Assembly: GCA_016748015.1 (NCBI GenBank)
Contig: JAAOMT010000776.1
Coordinates: 62,001-126,000 of the forward strand
Reading direction: 5' to 3'
Source of the DNA: Geosiphon pyriformis uo1
Lineage: Eukaryota; Fungi; Glomeromycota
DNA length: 64,000 nucleotides
Shown here piece by piece: positions 48,986 through 62,522 of the stretch (its first letter is position 1; every line of letters starts with the position of its first letter). Position numbers and translations under genes: made by a program. The notes under the pieces were generated by a model, which was given only the letters and a program-made list of their open reading frames with translations, was not told the DNA's origin and ran no database searches.

Positions 48986-51900
48986 GTGATTTGGTTTGGA
49001 AAATTACTATGTGCAATGTTAGAGATTTGAACAATCCTGCAAAATAAGATGATGTTATTTATTGGCACAGAGACATAAACAATTTGGTTTCTATTTTTAT
49101 GGAATCGAAATTAAGAGGGAAGGTTTGCCTTTGGATTGTTAACAAATTTGATGATATGTAGGTGTTTACCTCTGGTTTAAAATCTGGTTATCTAGGTGCT
49201 AGTGTTGTGATCATTATGAACTTTTCTTTGACAAAACATGTATACAGAGTTTCAAAAGTGCCTGATTGGCTTCTGTTTATCAAATTGCTTTTCAAGAATA
49301 AACTTTCAGTGTTAATTTTAAGGCTTTACACTAGTGCCTCTTCAGTAATTTGTTTTTCTCAAGCTGGTAATATCAACTTTCTTATTACAAAGACTGTCAA
49401 TGAATCTTTTTTCATTATTTTTGGTGATGATTTTAATGAAAACAGTTCTCATAAGTGTGCAAGCTTCAAAAAATGCCTTGATTTGGGACTAGTTAATTCT
49501 TTGGTTGGCAGTTTGACTATAAAAGAGCCTACTTGGGCAAATTCTAAAAGTGTCATTAAAACAATTAATTATGTACTTGTTTCTCCAAATCTAATTAATG
49601 TGATAATGCATTACAATATTTCAAAAGTTAGTAAGCATTTTGACATAGATTATCAATTTGTTTCTGTGTCTGTGGGTTTGAATAGACTTTTGAATATGTG
49701 GTTGAACTTTTTTTGCAAGCAGACAAATAAAAATTGATGGAAGTTTGAGTTCAAAGATGCCAATAAGACTAAATGGAATGCTTTTAAGAATGTCATGTTG
49801 GCCAATGCAGCAATGTTTTCAGATGAGTTTGCCACCTCTACAAAGTTTTTAGATTTAAATGTGATGTGAAATATCATTTACAAGATAATGGTTATCTTAG
49901 CTAATAAGGTGTTCAAAAAGAAATAGTTCAAAAGCTTTAATGATGTCTTTACCAAGAAATTTTTGAGATTTTACAAATTGGAGCTTTTGGTCTCTAGGAT
50001 TGTTAAGGTCTTACATGAGGAAAGTGATGTAAAGTTTGATGCTCTTATAAGATGCTGAATCTTTTTGGACAATATTAAGGCTTTAGTTATTTAGGATATA
50101 GTAGACTCTAATGCTAACTCTGATCATATCCATTCTGTTTTTTTTGGTGCTAAAAGATTCTATTGTGCCACCAAGCTTGCTGAATCTCTAAAGACTAAAG
50201 AGGCAAATATTAGGTCTGCTATTGATAAGAGGATGGAAAGCTTTGAGATAAATAAAGGTTATACAATCAAGAATGTGCTGAAGTGTTTATTTCACAAAGT
50301 GGTACTTGATTATCTGGTAATTAATGATAAGCTGATTCTAGAACCTGATTTGGTTAAGTCTAAGGTAAATGTGATCATAAAAGATTGGACTAAAAAGCAT
50401 AGAATGATAGATAATATTTCTGGTGACTAGTGTTATCAATATTAACTTTTAGAGTATGTTTTTGATGAAGCTTTTTCTGGTGTTATATGTTCGATTGAAT
50501 TTAACAAATTGGTTGAGATGGTTTCTAATCTGCCTGATAACAAAGCTGCTGGTTTCTTGGGTATATTGAATAAGCTTTGGAAGCATTGTGATAAGGCAGT
50601 CTTAAATATGCTTTTAGCACTTTTGAATTTTTGTTTGTTTAATGAATTAGTGTCTGGCTCTTAGAAGAAGACTTGGGTCTCAATAATTTTCAAACCATAT
50701 AAATGAAAGAGTGTTTTGACAAATACCCATCCTATTGTTTTGATTGAAACAGCCTGTAAAATTCTTTCCAAGATTCTTTCTGACAAGATTTTTTTGGCAT
50801 GTAGCACTTTTGATGTTCTTCATGGGAACAATTTCTCAGTTTTAAAGAGTATAATAATTCAGTTTTCCATTTTTGCAATTGGTTCGGTTATTGAAGATGC
50901 TTTGGAAAAGAATTGAGAGCTATGGCTAGTTTTGCAAAACATGTAAAAAGCATATGATTTGGTTGGCTGAAAACATCTTGAAAAGAGTTTGGTCAGGATT
51001 AAAATGTGTGACAAATTCATTCAATTTTTTAGTAATATTCATAAGAATTGTACCAACCAAGTTATGATAGATTTTAGTTTGATGAGTGATTATTATGTGC
51101 ACAATGGTTTGGACCAAGAAGAAGTATTTTTTCCCCTTCTGTGGTACATATTCTATGATTCTCTATTGTGTGAAATCAAGCAGCAAGAGAGTATATATAA
51201 GTACAAGTTGAATTCTCATTTTATTTCCAAAAGTAGTCATGTTGAAACTTAAGCTAAACTTTCTTCCTTTTTTGCTGTTAGTGCTTTCATCAATAATACA
51301 ATTTGGGTTGGTAGCAGTCAAAGTACTATTTAACATATTCTCAATGTTGTTAGTGAATTTTATTAGATCAATGACATTTCAAACAATAATGACAAGACAG
51401 TAGCCATTTCTATTAATAGCAAGATCAGCAATCCTTTTTTTTCTATTAGTGGCTCATTGATTTCTATTGCCAAAAAGGGTGAATCTTATCAGTATTTGGG
51501 TATTTTTCTTTCAAATGAGAGTCTCTCAAAGCCTAGTTTGGCTAAGGCATATTCAGACATTCATTTTTTCACCAATCTAGTCTTGAGAAAAACTGTCTTA
51601 GATAAGCAGTTCTTGTATTTGGTGTTGGTGGTTCTCTATCTTATAGTCAGCTATAGGATGCAGTTTAGTTTTATTTCTATTGATATGTGTAACAAGTGGA
51701 ATGCTCTGATTCATAAAGGCTTAAAGCTTAAATCCAGTCTATCACTCGATTTTTCCAGTAATATAATTCACCATCCTTCCTTTTATGATTTGAAATCTTT
51801 TTTCCAAGTTCAGTCTAAGAGTAAGATTGCTTTTTTTGTTAGTTTTGTAAACTCTAGTGGGATCTTAAATTGCTTGTTTTCTCACAGGTTTTATGACTTG

Positions 51901-53670
51901 TAAGTTTTGTATTGGCACTCTGTTTATCTATTGAGTTTTCCTGTCCATATTTATGTTAGTGTTTCTAATAACTTTCTGGCAGACATGGTTCATATCCTTC
52001 TTAATTGCAATTTGTCTTTGGGTGGCTTTTTGGCCAGTTCTTTTTAGTTTTGTGGTGGGATTTTTATGTTTGCTGTTCTGGATAAATTAAGATTTTTCAA
52101 GTTTCTCCTTTTTTTTTGTCAGTATGACATAGCTTTTGTGAATCAACTTCATGATAGTCATGGTACTGTCTTTGATTGATGTATTTTTAGGTAATAGAAG
52201 AAACTAAACTCTCATGGCTTTGTTCCAAAGTGGTTCAAAATTTCTGCAATGTTTCTTAATAGTATGATTTCTTCTTCTATTCATTCTTTGGTTTCAAGTA
52301 GAGTTGGTTCTTTAAATATTCTTAACTTTGGTGATTTTGTGTTTGTTTGCAACCATCTCTCTCGGATTGGTTCTGGTAGTTTATCTGTATATACAGATGG
52401 GTTTCTGAAGAATCTGAACACAATTGGCTGTAAAACTGGTACTGCTGCTTTTTTTGAAGACATTAATTTGGGTTTGGACATTGGTGTATTAGATCTGATG
52501 TCTTCTACTATGGCAGAATTGCAGACTATTGTATTGGCCCTAGAGTGTATTCTTTTATTTAGCTCTGTTTACTTGTTTTCAGATAGTCAATCTGTTTTGA
52601 ATGCTTGTAAGTTGGAATTGGGTCTGGTGTATCCTGATTTTCACAATCAGTGTTAAGTTGAGCATCAGCATATAGTTAATATTATTCATAGTAAAAATTT
52701 GAGGGTTAGTTGGCACAAAGTAAAGAGTCACTTGGACATCTTAAAAAATGAGCATGCCAACATGATTGCTGGTGCTGTTTTTCTCTCTGGTTGGCATCTT
52801 CCTCCTTACTTGAATAAATGCTTTATAGTGGCTGATGATAGTATTGTTTCTGACAATTCTAAACATTTTGTATGTGATGTTTATCATTCCATTTGTCATG
52901 CATGCTGGGAGGTTGGCTCTGGTTTCAAGTTTTTGATGGGTGGTCTGCTTTCCAAGGTCAATTGGCTCCACTCATCACTGGTGTGACATCTTGATTTACA
53001 CATGGCTGCTGGTTTTACTAGCAAATCCTTGGCTAGTGTATGTACTTATTTTATAAAAGCCTTGCATCATTGACTGCCTGTTGCCATTCGGAAGCATCTT
53101 TATAACAAATGTTATCCTAGTGTGTTATGTTTATATTGTGATAATGTGGAGGTGTCAGATTATGTGTTTTTTTGTAAGGTCAACAATTCTGCTAGACATT
53201 GAATATTGAACTTCCACATGGCTTCTTAGAAGGCTTTTTCTGGTTTCTCTTACTCCTTTTTAAGTGTGCTGCAGTTGTTGTTATCTTGTGTTTCTGATTT
53301 TTCTGTTTCCATGGCTCTTTATAAGAGTTTTGTTTTTAATAGTTGGTTTCACAAGGCTGTTTCTATCTTCCATAATCCCAAGGTTGCTGGTTTGAAGGTT
53401 GTTAAATTTGTGTACTTTCTTGGTCTCACCTTTAGAAATAATGTCTGAATGGTTCGTGCTAAGTATTATGCTTATATAAAAAAGGCCAGATTGATTTTGT
53501 TGAATGGTTTGGCTCTTGTATTGGTTTCTGGTTTGGCATTGGATTTTTCTGCTGGTATGATCAAATTGCTTAGTATTACCAAAGCTTTTGGCATTCATTT
53601 TGGGTTTCACAAATCTTGTTTATTTTTTTTAAATATAGGTGACTTGGTCTTAGTTTATATAGTTGTGTAG
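48982..53670 (+). pseudogene. LINE copy 2 ORF2 (APE, RT, RNase H, Zn finger)
   Basis: Colinear with copy 1; VYTDG RNase H motif; start codon ATG decayed to ATA. Confidence 0.92.
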
Positions 53671-55143
53671 TGTTGTTCTAGTCAGTCCGAATGACTGGTC
53701 ACATGTAAAAAGTACATAATTTATGCTTAGTTTAGATTATTTTTTTGATGTATAGCACTAGGTAGTATTTAGACCTTATTCATTAAATAATAATAATAAT
53801 AATAAAATATATAGTAAATATTATAAATATTAAAAAACTTTTAATTATTTGATCTAAAATAAAAAATTATTTAAATATTATTAAAAATAAACAGATTAAT
53901 ATTTGCTAATAAAATTATTTATTATGTTTAATAAAAAACTAAATTAAGTACTAAAATAATTAATAATATTATAATTAAAAATATAAATTGGATTTAAACT
54001 TTTTTGATATAATATTTTAATTTGTACATGTTTTTTGGTTTTATTAATAAGTTTTTAATTAGTTTACATATTTATATAATAAAAATAATATATAAAAAAT
54101 TACTTATAGTAGTTAAAAATATTTATATAATATATTATATTTTAATGTTTTTTGTTTTTATTGTAAAAAGATAAAATTTTCAAATTATGTATTTATATAT
54201 ATAATAAATATAAATATTTATAAAAAATTATTAAGTATTTATATTTTATATTAAAAATTTTTGATTAATATATATTTTTTATTATTTTTAATATATAATT
54301 TTATATAAAAATATTATCTTGAAGATATAATATAAAACTTTTTTAATTTTTAATAATATTAAGAATATTATTTTAAAATTGATGAATTTTAATTTAATAA
54401 TTTAATATTAAGATAAAATTTGATTATATAAATTTAAATATAAAATTGCTATAAAAAAATATAATTTAGTTTTTTGTAATATGTAGTTTATTAAGTAATT
54501 ATTTAATAATATAATATGAATATTTAATATTGCTAAAATATTTATTATAAATTTTAATTTATATATATATTATTTGTTTTTTTTGGTTTAAATAATAATA
54601 ATATAATTTATATAAATATGTATTATAGTTTTAATTAACTTAAGTAACTAATTTTATATAATAAATATATATCTAATTATTAATATTTATATTATTATAT
54701 TATATTAAATAATAATAATAAAAATATTAATAATTTTTTAGTATAATAAAAAAAATTGATTAATATAAATATTGTTTTTTTGGTGCTTTGGTTTTTACAT
54801 AAAAATAACTAATTTTATATAATTATTATAAATAATTTTGTTTTTAATAAAAATTTAATAATATTTAATTATGTTAAATACATAATTTTTAAATTAGCTA
54901 ATTTTTTGGTATTTAATTATTAAAAAACATTTAATCAATTTTAGTTTTAAAATTTAAATATTAATGTTTTTATTATTATAAATACATAATATAATTTTAA
55001 TTAAATATAACAATTATAAAAAAAAAAACTTCTTTCTTTCTTACTTTCAAAAATCCTCAAAAAATACATTTTCTGAAAAAAAAGTTTTTCTATTTTTTCT
55101 TGTTAGTTTTTTCAACATTTCTTTAAATAATAACCCTTTCATC

Positions 55144-57025
55144 GTGGATTTAAAGACTGTTTTGAACAGTAATATGTTAAAAAAAAAATGCCCAAAGGTG
55201 CTTTCTATGGTCCTGCTGGTAGTTCTTTTGCTTAGAAAAAAAAGTGGTTCTTGGGAATGTTAAACACTTTGGTGATAAGAAGGATATCTTTTTAAGTAAA
55301 TCTGGGCCTAATAATAGTATGTATTCTAATGTAGATAGTTTGTCTGGTAATGATGAGAATGTTGACATAACTGGTGTAAATAGTGGGTCTCTTCTGGGTT
55401 CAGCTGCAATCACTTCTAAGATAAAACATATTAATACTGGTGTAGTATTTGGTTCTCCACTTGGCTCTCCTGATTTTACTATAGATGATGATAATATTGT
55501 GTTTTCTCCTCACTTGCTTATTTCTTTGGAAAAAAAGTGGATTGATCCAAAAATTGTTAAAATCCCAGTGGAAATGTTAGTTAGGAAGTTTTTTACTTTG
55601 GATATTAATTTTTTGGCAGTAGATGGCAAATCTACTATAGCTAAAACCCAGTTCATTAGAAAAATTTTCTTATTAGTTAATAGTTTTGGAAAGGCCACTA
55701 CTCCCTCAAAATTTGAAGAAATCATCAGATCTATCTTTACATCAGAAAACAGCATGGAAAAAGCCATGTTATTGGTCAAAGAAAAAAGAATTGTTGTAAA
55801 CACTGATCTCAAGAGACAAGAAATTCATTTAGATCAGGCTGTGGTCATCAAAAAAATTCCCATGAACATGCCAAAAGATATGATCATCGCTGCATTAGCT
55901 GAATTTGGTAAAATTAAGTTGATTAAAATTCAACTTATTAGATTATGGCAAAAAGCTGTAGTGGAATTTGCTGAATTAGATCAGACTGAACATTTGGCTG
56001 CTAAATAATTCTTCTTGATTGGTAAAGATTCGGTGCATGTGGTCATAGCTGTGGATGATTATGAGACTTGGGTGTCAAGAGACAGGTTTAAAGCTTTGCT
56101 GTTTACTTTGCCAGTAGAAATATCTACTCATGATTTGGGCACTCTTTTGAATGGGGCTGGTAGGAAAATCTGTGTCATTAATTGCTCAATGAATTCTAGC
56201 AACTGGGTATGCTGTGCTGTGGTTGGTTTCAAATCTGAAGAGGATTTGAAGTCTGCTTATTGTACTGAGCTGATATTTGGTAGTGTTAAATTATCTTGGA
56301 CTAGATTGGACTTGGTTCGCTGTGAAAAGTGTGGGCATTTTGGCCATTCTGCTTTGGAGTGTAATACACCAACTCCACTCATCTTTAAGTCCTCAAAACC
56401 TGTTAAAAAAGTCTCTTTAGAAGGCCATCATTTTCGGCTAGTAAAATTGTACACTAGAAAGGGTGTTCCTATTTCTAAACCTGCTGTCTTTGGTGGCAAA
56501 TTTTGAGTGCAAGTGGTCTTACTTGCTTTTCCTTCTAGTGGTTCTCATTTCGACTCTGGTTTTGGGCCTAGTTCTTCTCCTTTTGGTTCTTCAAGTATTA
56601 AAAAAAGCCCACCAGTTGTTCAAGATGAATTCTTAATCAATGATCATCTAACTTTACTAGAATGTTCCTTAGAATTACTAGCTAATCAGGTGTCAGATAT
56701 TGTGCATAGATTAAATAGTGTAGAGCTGGTGCTCCTGGTGCTTATTACTCAAGTTGTACTTCTAGCCACCTCTGTTTTTACATTGGCATTACCTGATACT
56801 GATATGGTTTTGAATGTCTTACAGTTGTTCTTTCTTTTCTTTTTTTCAGTATTAGAAGACAAAGTGGTAGATTTGGGTCTAAGTAGTTCAAAAGTTCTTA
56901 CCTCAAAAGTTGGCAATTTGGAATCTAAAATGATGGCTCTCAAAGTTTTTATTGGCTCAATTTTGGGAAAGTTAGATCTGTTGTACATAAATTCGAGTTC
57001 TTTGGTACATCTTTTGCATTAATGA
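55144..57025 (+). pseudogene. LINE copy 3 ORF1 (knuckle CEKCGHFGHSALEC)
   Basis: ORFs 55244, 56015 and 56507; closely similar to ORF1 of copy 2. Confidence 0.87.
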
Positions 57026-60000
57026 ATAAGCTCATTTGGAGAGTGGCTACATGTAATGTTAGGGGTATGTCGAATTTAGCTAAACAGGAAGACATTGTTT
57101 ATTGGCATAAGGATTCGGAAAATATGATTTTGATTGTTACTGAGATGAAATTGAGATCTGACATTAGGCCTTGAATCATGAATAAATTTGATAGACTTTG
57201 GGTTTTTACTTCTGGTTTGGATGTTGGGTTTTATGATGCTGGGATTGCCATAATTATGAACAATTTTTTGGCTCAACATGTTTTAAAAGTGGATGAGATT
57301 CCTGGTCATTTGATTTCTGTGTGTTTTTTGTTCAAAAACAAGCTTTTGGTTACAATCTTGGGTCTGTATACTGGTATGTCTATTGGCACACAATTTAGTC
57401 AAGCTGCTGATATTAATTTTATGGTTTCTAAGATGGTCAATTCCAGCTTTTTTGTGGTTTTAAGTGGTGACTTTAATGAAAATAGGTCTAACAAAAGTGT
57501 GAGTTTCAAGTTCTGTTTGGGTTTGGGCCTGGTTAATATTTTTAATGGACACTTATTGGCCAAGACTTTTACCTGAAGCAATTCTAGAAGTGTTGAAAAA
57601 GTGATTGATTTTATTTTAATGAGTGAAAATTTAGCATCTGCTCTGGCATCACATTTTGTTGATGATGTATCTGAGTTTTTTGATACAGATTATAAGTCAG
57701 TTTCCATTTTAATTGGTTTGGGTGGGCTGTTGAATACACATCTTATTAGCATTTGCAAACAAGCCAACCATGATCGGTAGAAGTTCAAATTAAAGAATGC
57801 AGATAATGTTCAATAGTTAAGCTTTAAAGACTGCTCTTCTGCCATGTTGTTGGTTAGATTGAACATGTTTGAGAAGGTAAAAATCAATGGTGACTTGAAT
57901 ACAATATGGAAAATGTTAGAAGAAACCATAATACAGACTGCTGACACAGTTTTCTCTAGGATCTGATATAGTAAATACAACTGTTTGAGAAATAAACAAT
58001 CTTCCAAATTCTTTAAATTGGAGCTGCTTGTTGCAAAGATTGTGAAATGTTAGAACTCTGGTAATCTTCTAAATTTTAACCATTTTATTAAGGTCTGGTT
58101 GGTTATTAATGTAGTTGAAGCTTCCAAGATTGATGGCATGGTTTTAAACAGTGTAAGCTTGATGGAGTTGATTAAACATTTATTGGTAATAAGGAAAGAG
58201 TATCATAAGTCCAAGTATTGTGAGTTTAAGGTTGCTGAAAATACTACTATAAGGAAGGCAATTGACCATCATATGGAAAACTTCTGTTCTAACAAAGAGA
58301 AGATAATAAAGAGCATTCTGGAATGTCCATTTCACAAGATAGTTTTGGATTACTTGGTAGTAAATAATGAGCTGGTAATTATGCCTAATGAAGTAAAGCT
58401 CAAAGTTGATAAAATTATGGAAAAGTAGACAAGGAAGCAATTAGTTCTTCCAAAAATACTTAACCTCTAGACTTGCCAATATATGTCTCTGAATTATGTG
58501 AATGATAATGTTTTTTCTGGTACAATGAATGAAATTGGTATGGAAAAATTGTCTTTGGTTGTAGATAATCTGCCAAACAATAAAGCAGCTGGGTTATTAG
58601 AAATATCTAATGAACTTTGAAAGTGTTGTAATGAAGAGGTTTTGGCCTGTCTTTTGAAATTGTTGAATTTGTGTTTAAGTATGGGTGCAGTTCCTGATCT
58701 GTGGAAAGAAGCATGGGTTTCAATGATTCCAAAACCTTATAAATGGAATGGTGTTCCGACTAATACTAAACCTATTGCATTAGTTAAGACAGTATGCAAA
58801 ATACTATCTAAGATTCTATCTGATCAAATATCTTTGGCTTATAGCAAGTTTAATGTTTTTCATGGTAACAATTTTTTAGTGTTGAAATGTATTTTGATTT
58901 AGTCTTCTATTTTTGCTATTGGCTCAGTTGTTGAAAATGCTCTGAAGAAAAACAAAGAGCTTTGATTAGTGCTGCAGGATATGCACAAAGCTTATGATTC
59001 AATAAACTGGCATCATTTACAAGTGAGCTTGTGTCACATCAAAATATGTAAATGTTTCATCTGATTTTTTGGCAATATTTATGGGGATTGGGTCAACAGG
59101 GTGATAACCAACTTTGGGCTTTCGGATGGTTATAAAATACATAATGAGTTGGATCAAAAGAAGGTCTTTTTTCTACTGTTTTGGAGAATATTTTATAATT
59201 TACTTTTGTGTAAAGTGAAAAGACATAAGCACTTATGTGGGTATAAGATTAATTCTAAGTTTATAGCAAAGTCTGGCAGGATTGAGGCTAGTAGAAAAAA
59301 AACTTCCTTTTTGGCTACAGGCACTTTTGTTGATAATACAATTTGGGTCAGAAGTAGCCAGGCATTTACGCAGTATATTTTGAACATTGTTAGTGAATTT
59401 TTTGTGATCAATAACATTTCAATTAATAATGATAAGACAGTAGTAATTCTTAACAATCAGAGAGTTAAAGATGCTTTGCTATTAATCAATGAATCACCAA
59501 TTTCAATTGCTAAAAAAAGTGAGTTACACTAATATCTGGGTATTTTTCTGTTAACTAAGGATCTCTTTAAGTCCAGTTTGGCTTAAGTCCATAAGGATGT
59601 CAGGTTTTTTTCTAATATAGTATTAAGAAAAGCTATTATAGATAAACAATTCTGTTATTTGGTTTTGGCAGTTTTGCAACTCATTGTTAGCCATCATACA
59701 CATTTCAGTTTTGTTACATTAGATGTGTGTCATAAATAGGATATTATAATTAGAAAAGGTCTTAGAGCCAAAGCTGATTTACTACATAACTTTTCCAGTG
59801 AGATCTTGCACCACCCTTTTTTATATGGTTTGAAGCTCTTTGAGCAAGTACAGTTTAAAGGAAAGCTGGTGTTACTAATTTCATTTTCTAATAGCCACGG
59901 CATTCTTGGACATTTATTTGATTATAGGTTTTTGGATTTGCAAGTTCTGGGATGGTCTTCTCTGAATCCTTTGCAATTTTCTGTTAAGTTGCATATTAGT

Positions 60001-61713
60001 CCTGTTAACAATTTTTTGGCAGAGGTGGTGAAGATTTTTTTGGAGAATGAATTATCTTTAGTAAACAATTTACCTTGTGCTTTTTGTGGGTTTGGTGATT
60101 TTCCGATGTCTGGCATTCTGGGTTAGTCTTTGTATTACAAATCTATTTTTTTATTGAAGTGTTTTGGTATTGCTTTTGGTAACAGAATTCTTGACAAAAA
60201 AAGAAAGGTGATGGACTGGAAAACATTTCAGCATTAGAAGTGATTAGACCTAAGAAACTCTGTGTCTTACTGGTTTTCTTTGACATCTGATTTTATAAAC
60301 AATTCTATTTCTTTGGGGATTGGAGCTGCTACTGCTACTAAGAAGAATGTGCTAAGTGTTTTGGATTCTGATGAGATCTCTGAAGTTTGTGATAGTTTAC
60401 TGGAGGTGTGGTCTAATTGTATCGAGATTTATACAGATGGGTTTTTAAGATGTGCTGATTCTGTTGAAGCAGCAGATGGAGTGGCTGCATACTTCTCAGC
60501 TGCAAATGTAGACATTGGAGTTAAGGTTGCTGGACTTTTGTCTTCTACTTTAACTAAATTGCAAGCTGTGGTGTTAGCTTTGGAGTGTGTTCCATCTTCA
60601 TGCTTAGTGGTTTTGTACTCAGATAGTCAATTTGTGATTGATGTCTGCATTTCCGAGGCTTCTTCGACTACACCTGACTTCCATAACCAATGTTAAAACA
60701 AAAGATTGCAAATTGTCAATTTTCTTAAAGACAAGAATATTTCAATCAAGTGAGTAAAGGTTAAAGGACATTCAAATATATTGGATAACATAAGGGCTGA
60801 CATGTTGGCTAATGAGACTACTTTCTTGTCTCTTTTTTTGCCAGTTAAAATCTGAAAGAGATTTCTGGTCATTAAGAAGACTGCCATATCTGGCAATATT
60901 TGTTATTTTGCTTGGGACTTACACCAGTTAATATGCTGTGCTCATTGGGAGGCTGGTCTGAATTTTGATATAATTCCGAATTTTATGATTAAGGAAATAG
61001 ATTGAAATACTACTGTGACAATTTGGCATTCTGATTCGCACATGCTTTTTAGATTCACCAGTAGGAAGTCAGCCAATTTATGCATGTATTTGATGAAGGC
61101 TGTATATAAGTGGTTGCCAGTTGTAGTTAGAAAGAGGTTATATAACAGAGGTTATTCTAGTGTTTTGTGTTTGCTGTGTGGTGAGATGGAGTTCTCTGAT
61201 CATGTTTTTGCTTGTTCTAGTAACTTTGGTCTCTGCAGAGACATTTTGGTTAAAGCTATTGAAAAATGGATGTTAATGTCTGGTCTTTCAAGTTCATCTC
61301 TATCTGCTATTTTGCTTTCACTCTTATTATGTTCTTTGGATGTGAGACTTTATATGGCAATATGCAAGGATTTTGTAATGAAAGATTGGTATGCTGAGGC
61401 TGTTTTAGTTTTTGAGAGAAAAAAAAAAGCTACTCAGACCCTTGTGGAATACATCAGATTTGTGGTAGAGTTGCAGCACACTCAAATATGGACTTTTAGA
61501 ACCAAGCATAGAGTGGAAATAGAAAAGGCTGATTTGGCTGGAGATAATAGTGTGGTTTCTGACTTGTTTAGCTGTGTGGTTTCTATGTTGTCGGCTGGTG
61601 TTGTCCATATGTTTGGTGTTATAGAATTTTTTGCTATTAGGTTTGAAAGGCGCAAATTGTGTCATTTTTTCTCTGGTTTGGGTGGTGATGCTTTTGTTAC
61701 TATAGGTGTGTAG
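57022..61713 (+). pseudogene. LINE copy 3 ORF2 (APE, RT, RNase H, Zn finger)
   Basis: WRVATCNVRG, SGDFN, TFVDN, IYTDG, KVKGHS, CLLCGEMEFSDHVFAC. Confidence 0.92.
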
Positions 61714-62522
61714 TGTTGCCTTATCTGGCCCAAGTGGCTGGTCACATGTAGTCTGTGCATAAGCTGCATTTAGTTGGTTCTACTTAGTTTGGTTCTATGT
61801 ACTAGATAGTGGTTGGGCTTCACTCATAAAACTTGTAATAAAAAAAAAATTAAATATAACAAATATATAAGTCTTATTTATTTTAAAACATTTATTGTTA
61901 TATTGCAATAAAAAAAATTAAAATGTACTTATTAAGCAATAATAATAATAATTAAATATAAAACATTAATATATGTATTAAAAATTAATAAAAAAATGCC
62001 AAACCAATTAAATACAACAAATAATAATCATTTATTTTTAACAAATTTTAAATATATATATATATCTTTTAATTTATTTTTAAAACAAATTTAATTTAAT
62101 CTTAAAATAAATAATAATAAATAAAAAAATCATACTATAATTAATGATTTTATAAAAAAAACTATTATTTTTAAAAATATAAATTTGGTTTTTTAATTTA
62201 AATAAAGCTTAATTTAAAAATCATATAAAGTTTTAATATTAAATTAAACTGGCTTTACCAAATTAAAATAACAAAGATAAAAATATTTCAAACTACTATA
62301 TTTAAAATTAAATAGCAAAATTTTTATATTAAACAGATAAATAACATAATACATTGAAAATTAATTTTAACCACAAGAAAATTACCCATTTGGATTTGAA
62401 CATAAAATCCTGCTAATAGTCCACGGATCATAAAACGATTGCTGTTTCTCCAGCTTTTGATGAATTCCGGTTTTAAACGAGAAAATCAATCAGATTCTAA
62501 TAGGATAGTATAAAGCCAAGAC

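Larger units (their letters stand above)
46988..53805 (+). mobile_element. Full-length LINE copy 2 with a (TAA)n tail
   Basis: 15-bp TSD AATATATAGTAAATA (46973-46987 / 53806-53820). Confidence 0.95.
55014..61847 (+). mobile_element. Full-length LINE copy 3 with a poly(A) tail
   Basis: 15-bp TSD AATTAAATATAACAA (54999-55013 / 61848-61862). Confidence 0.95.

Noticed and set aside
412-61713. Alternative genetic code (TGA=Trp, TAA/TAG=Gln), since many in-frame stops fall at Trp or Gln positions
   Set aside because: The stops are copy-specific single transitions from TGG/CAA/CAG/CGA and occur alongside frameshifts. The host PPG1 gene has no internal stops and ends in TGA.
46430-62265. Short direct or inverted similarities between AT-rich tracts (e.g. 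46921-46946 vs 62240-62264) as DNA-transposon TIRs
   Set aside because: Matches are short and in extremely low-complexity sequence; no TSD or transposase remnant supports them.
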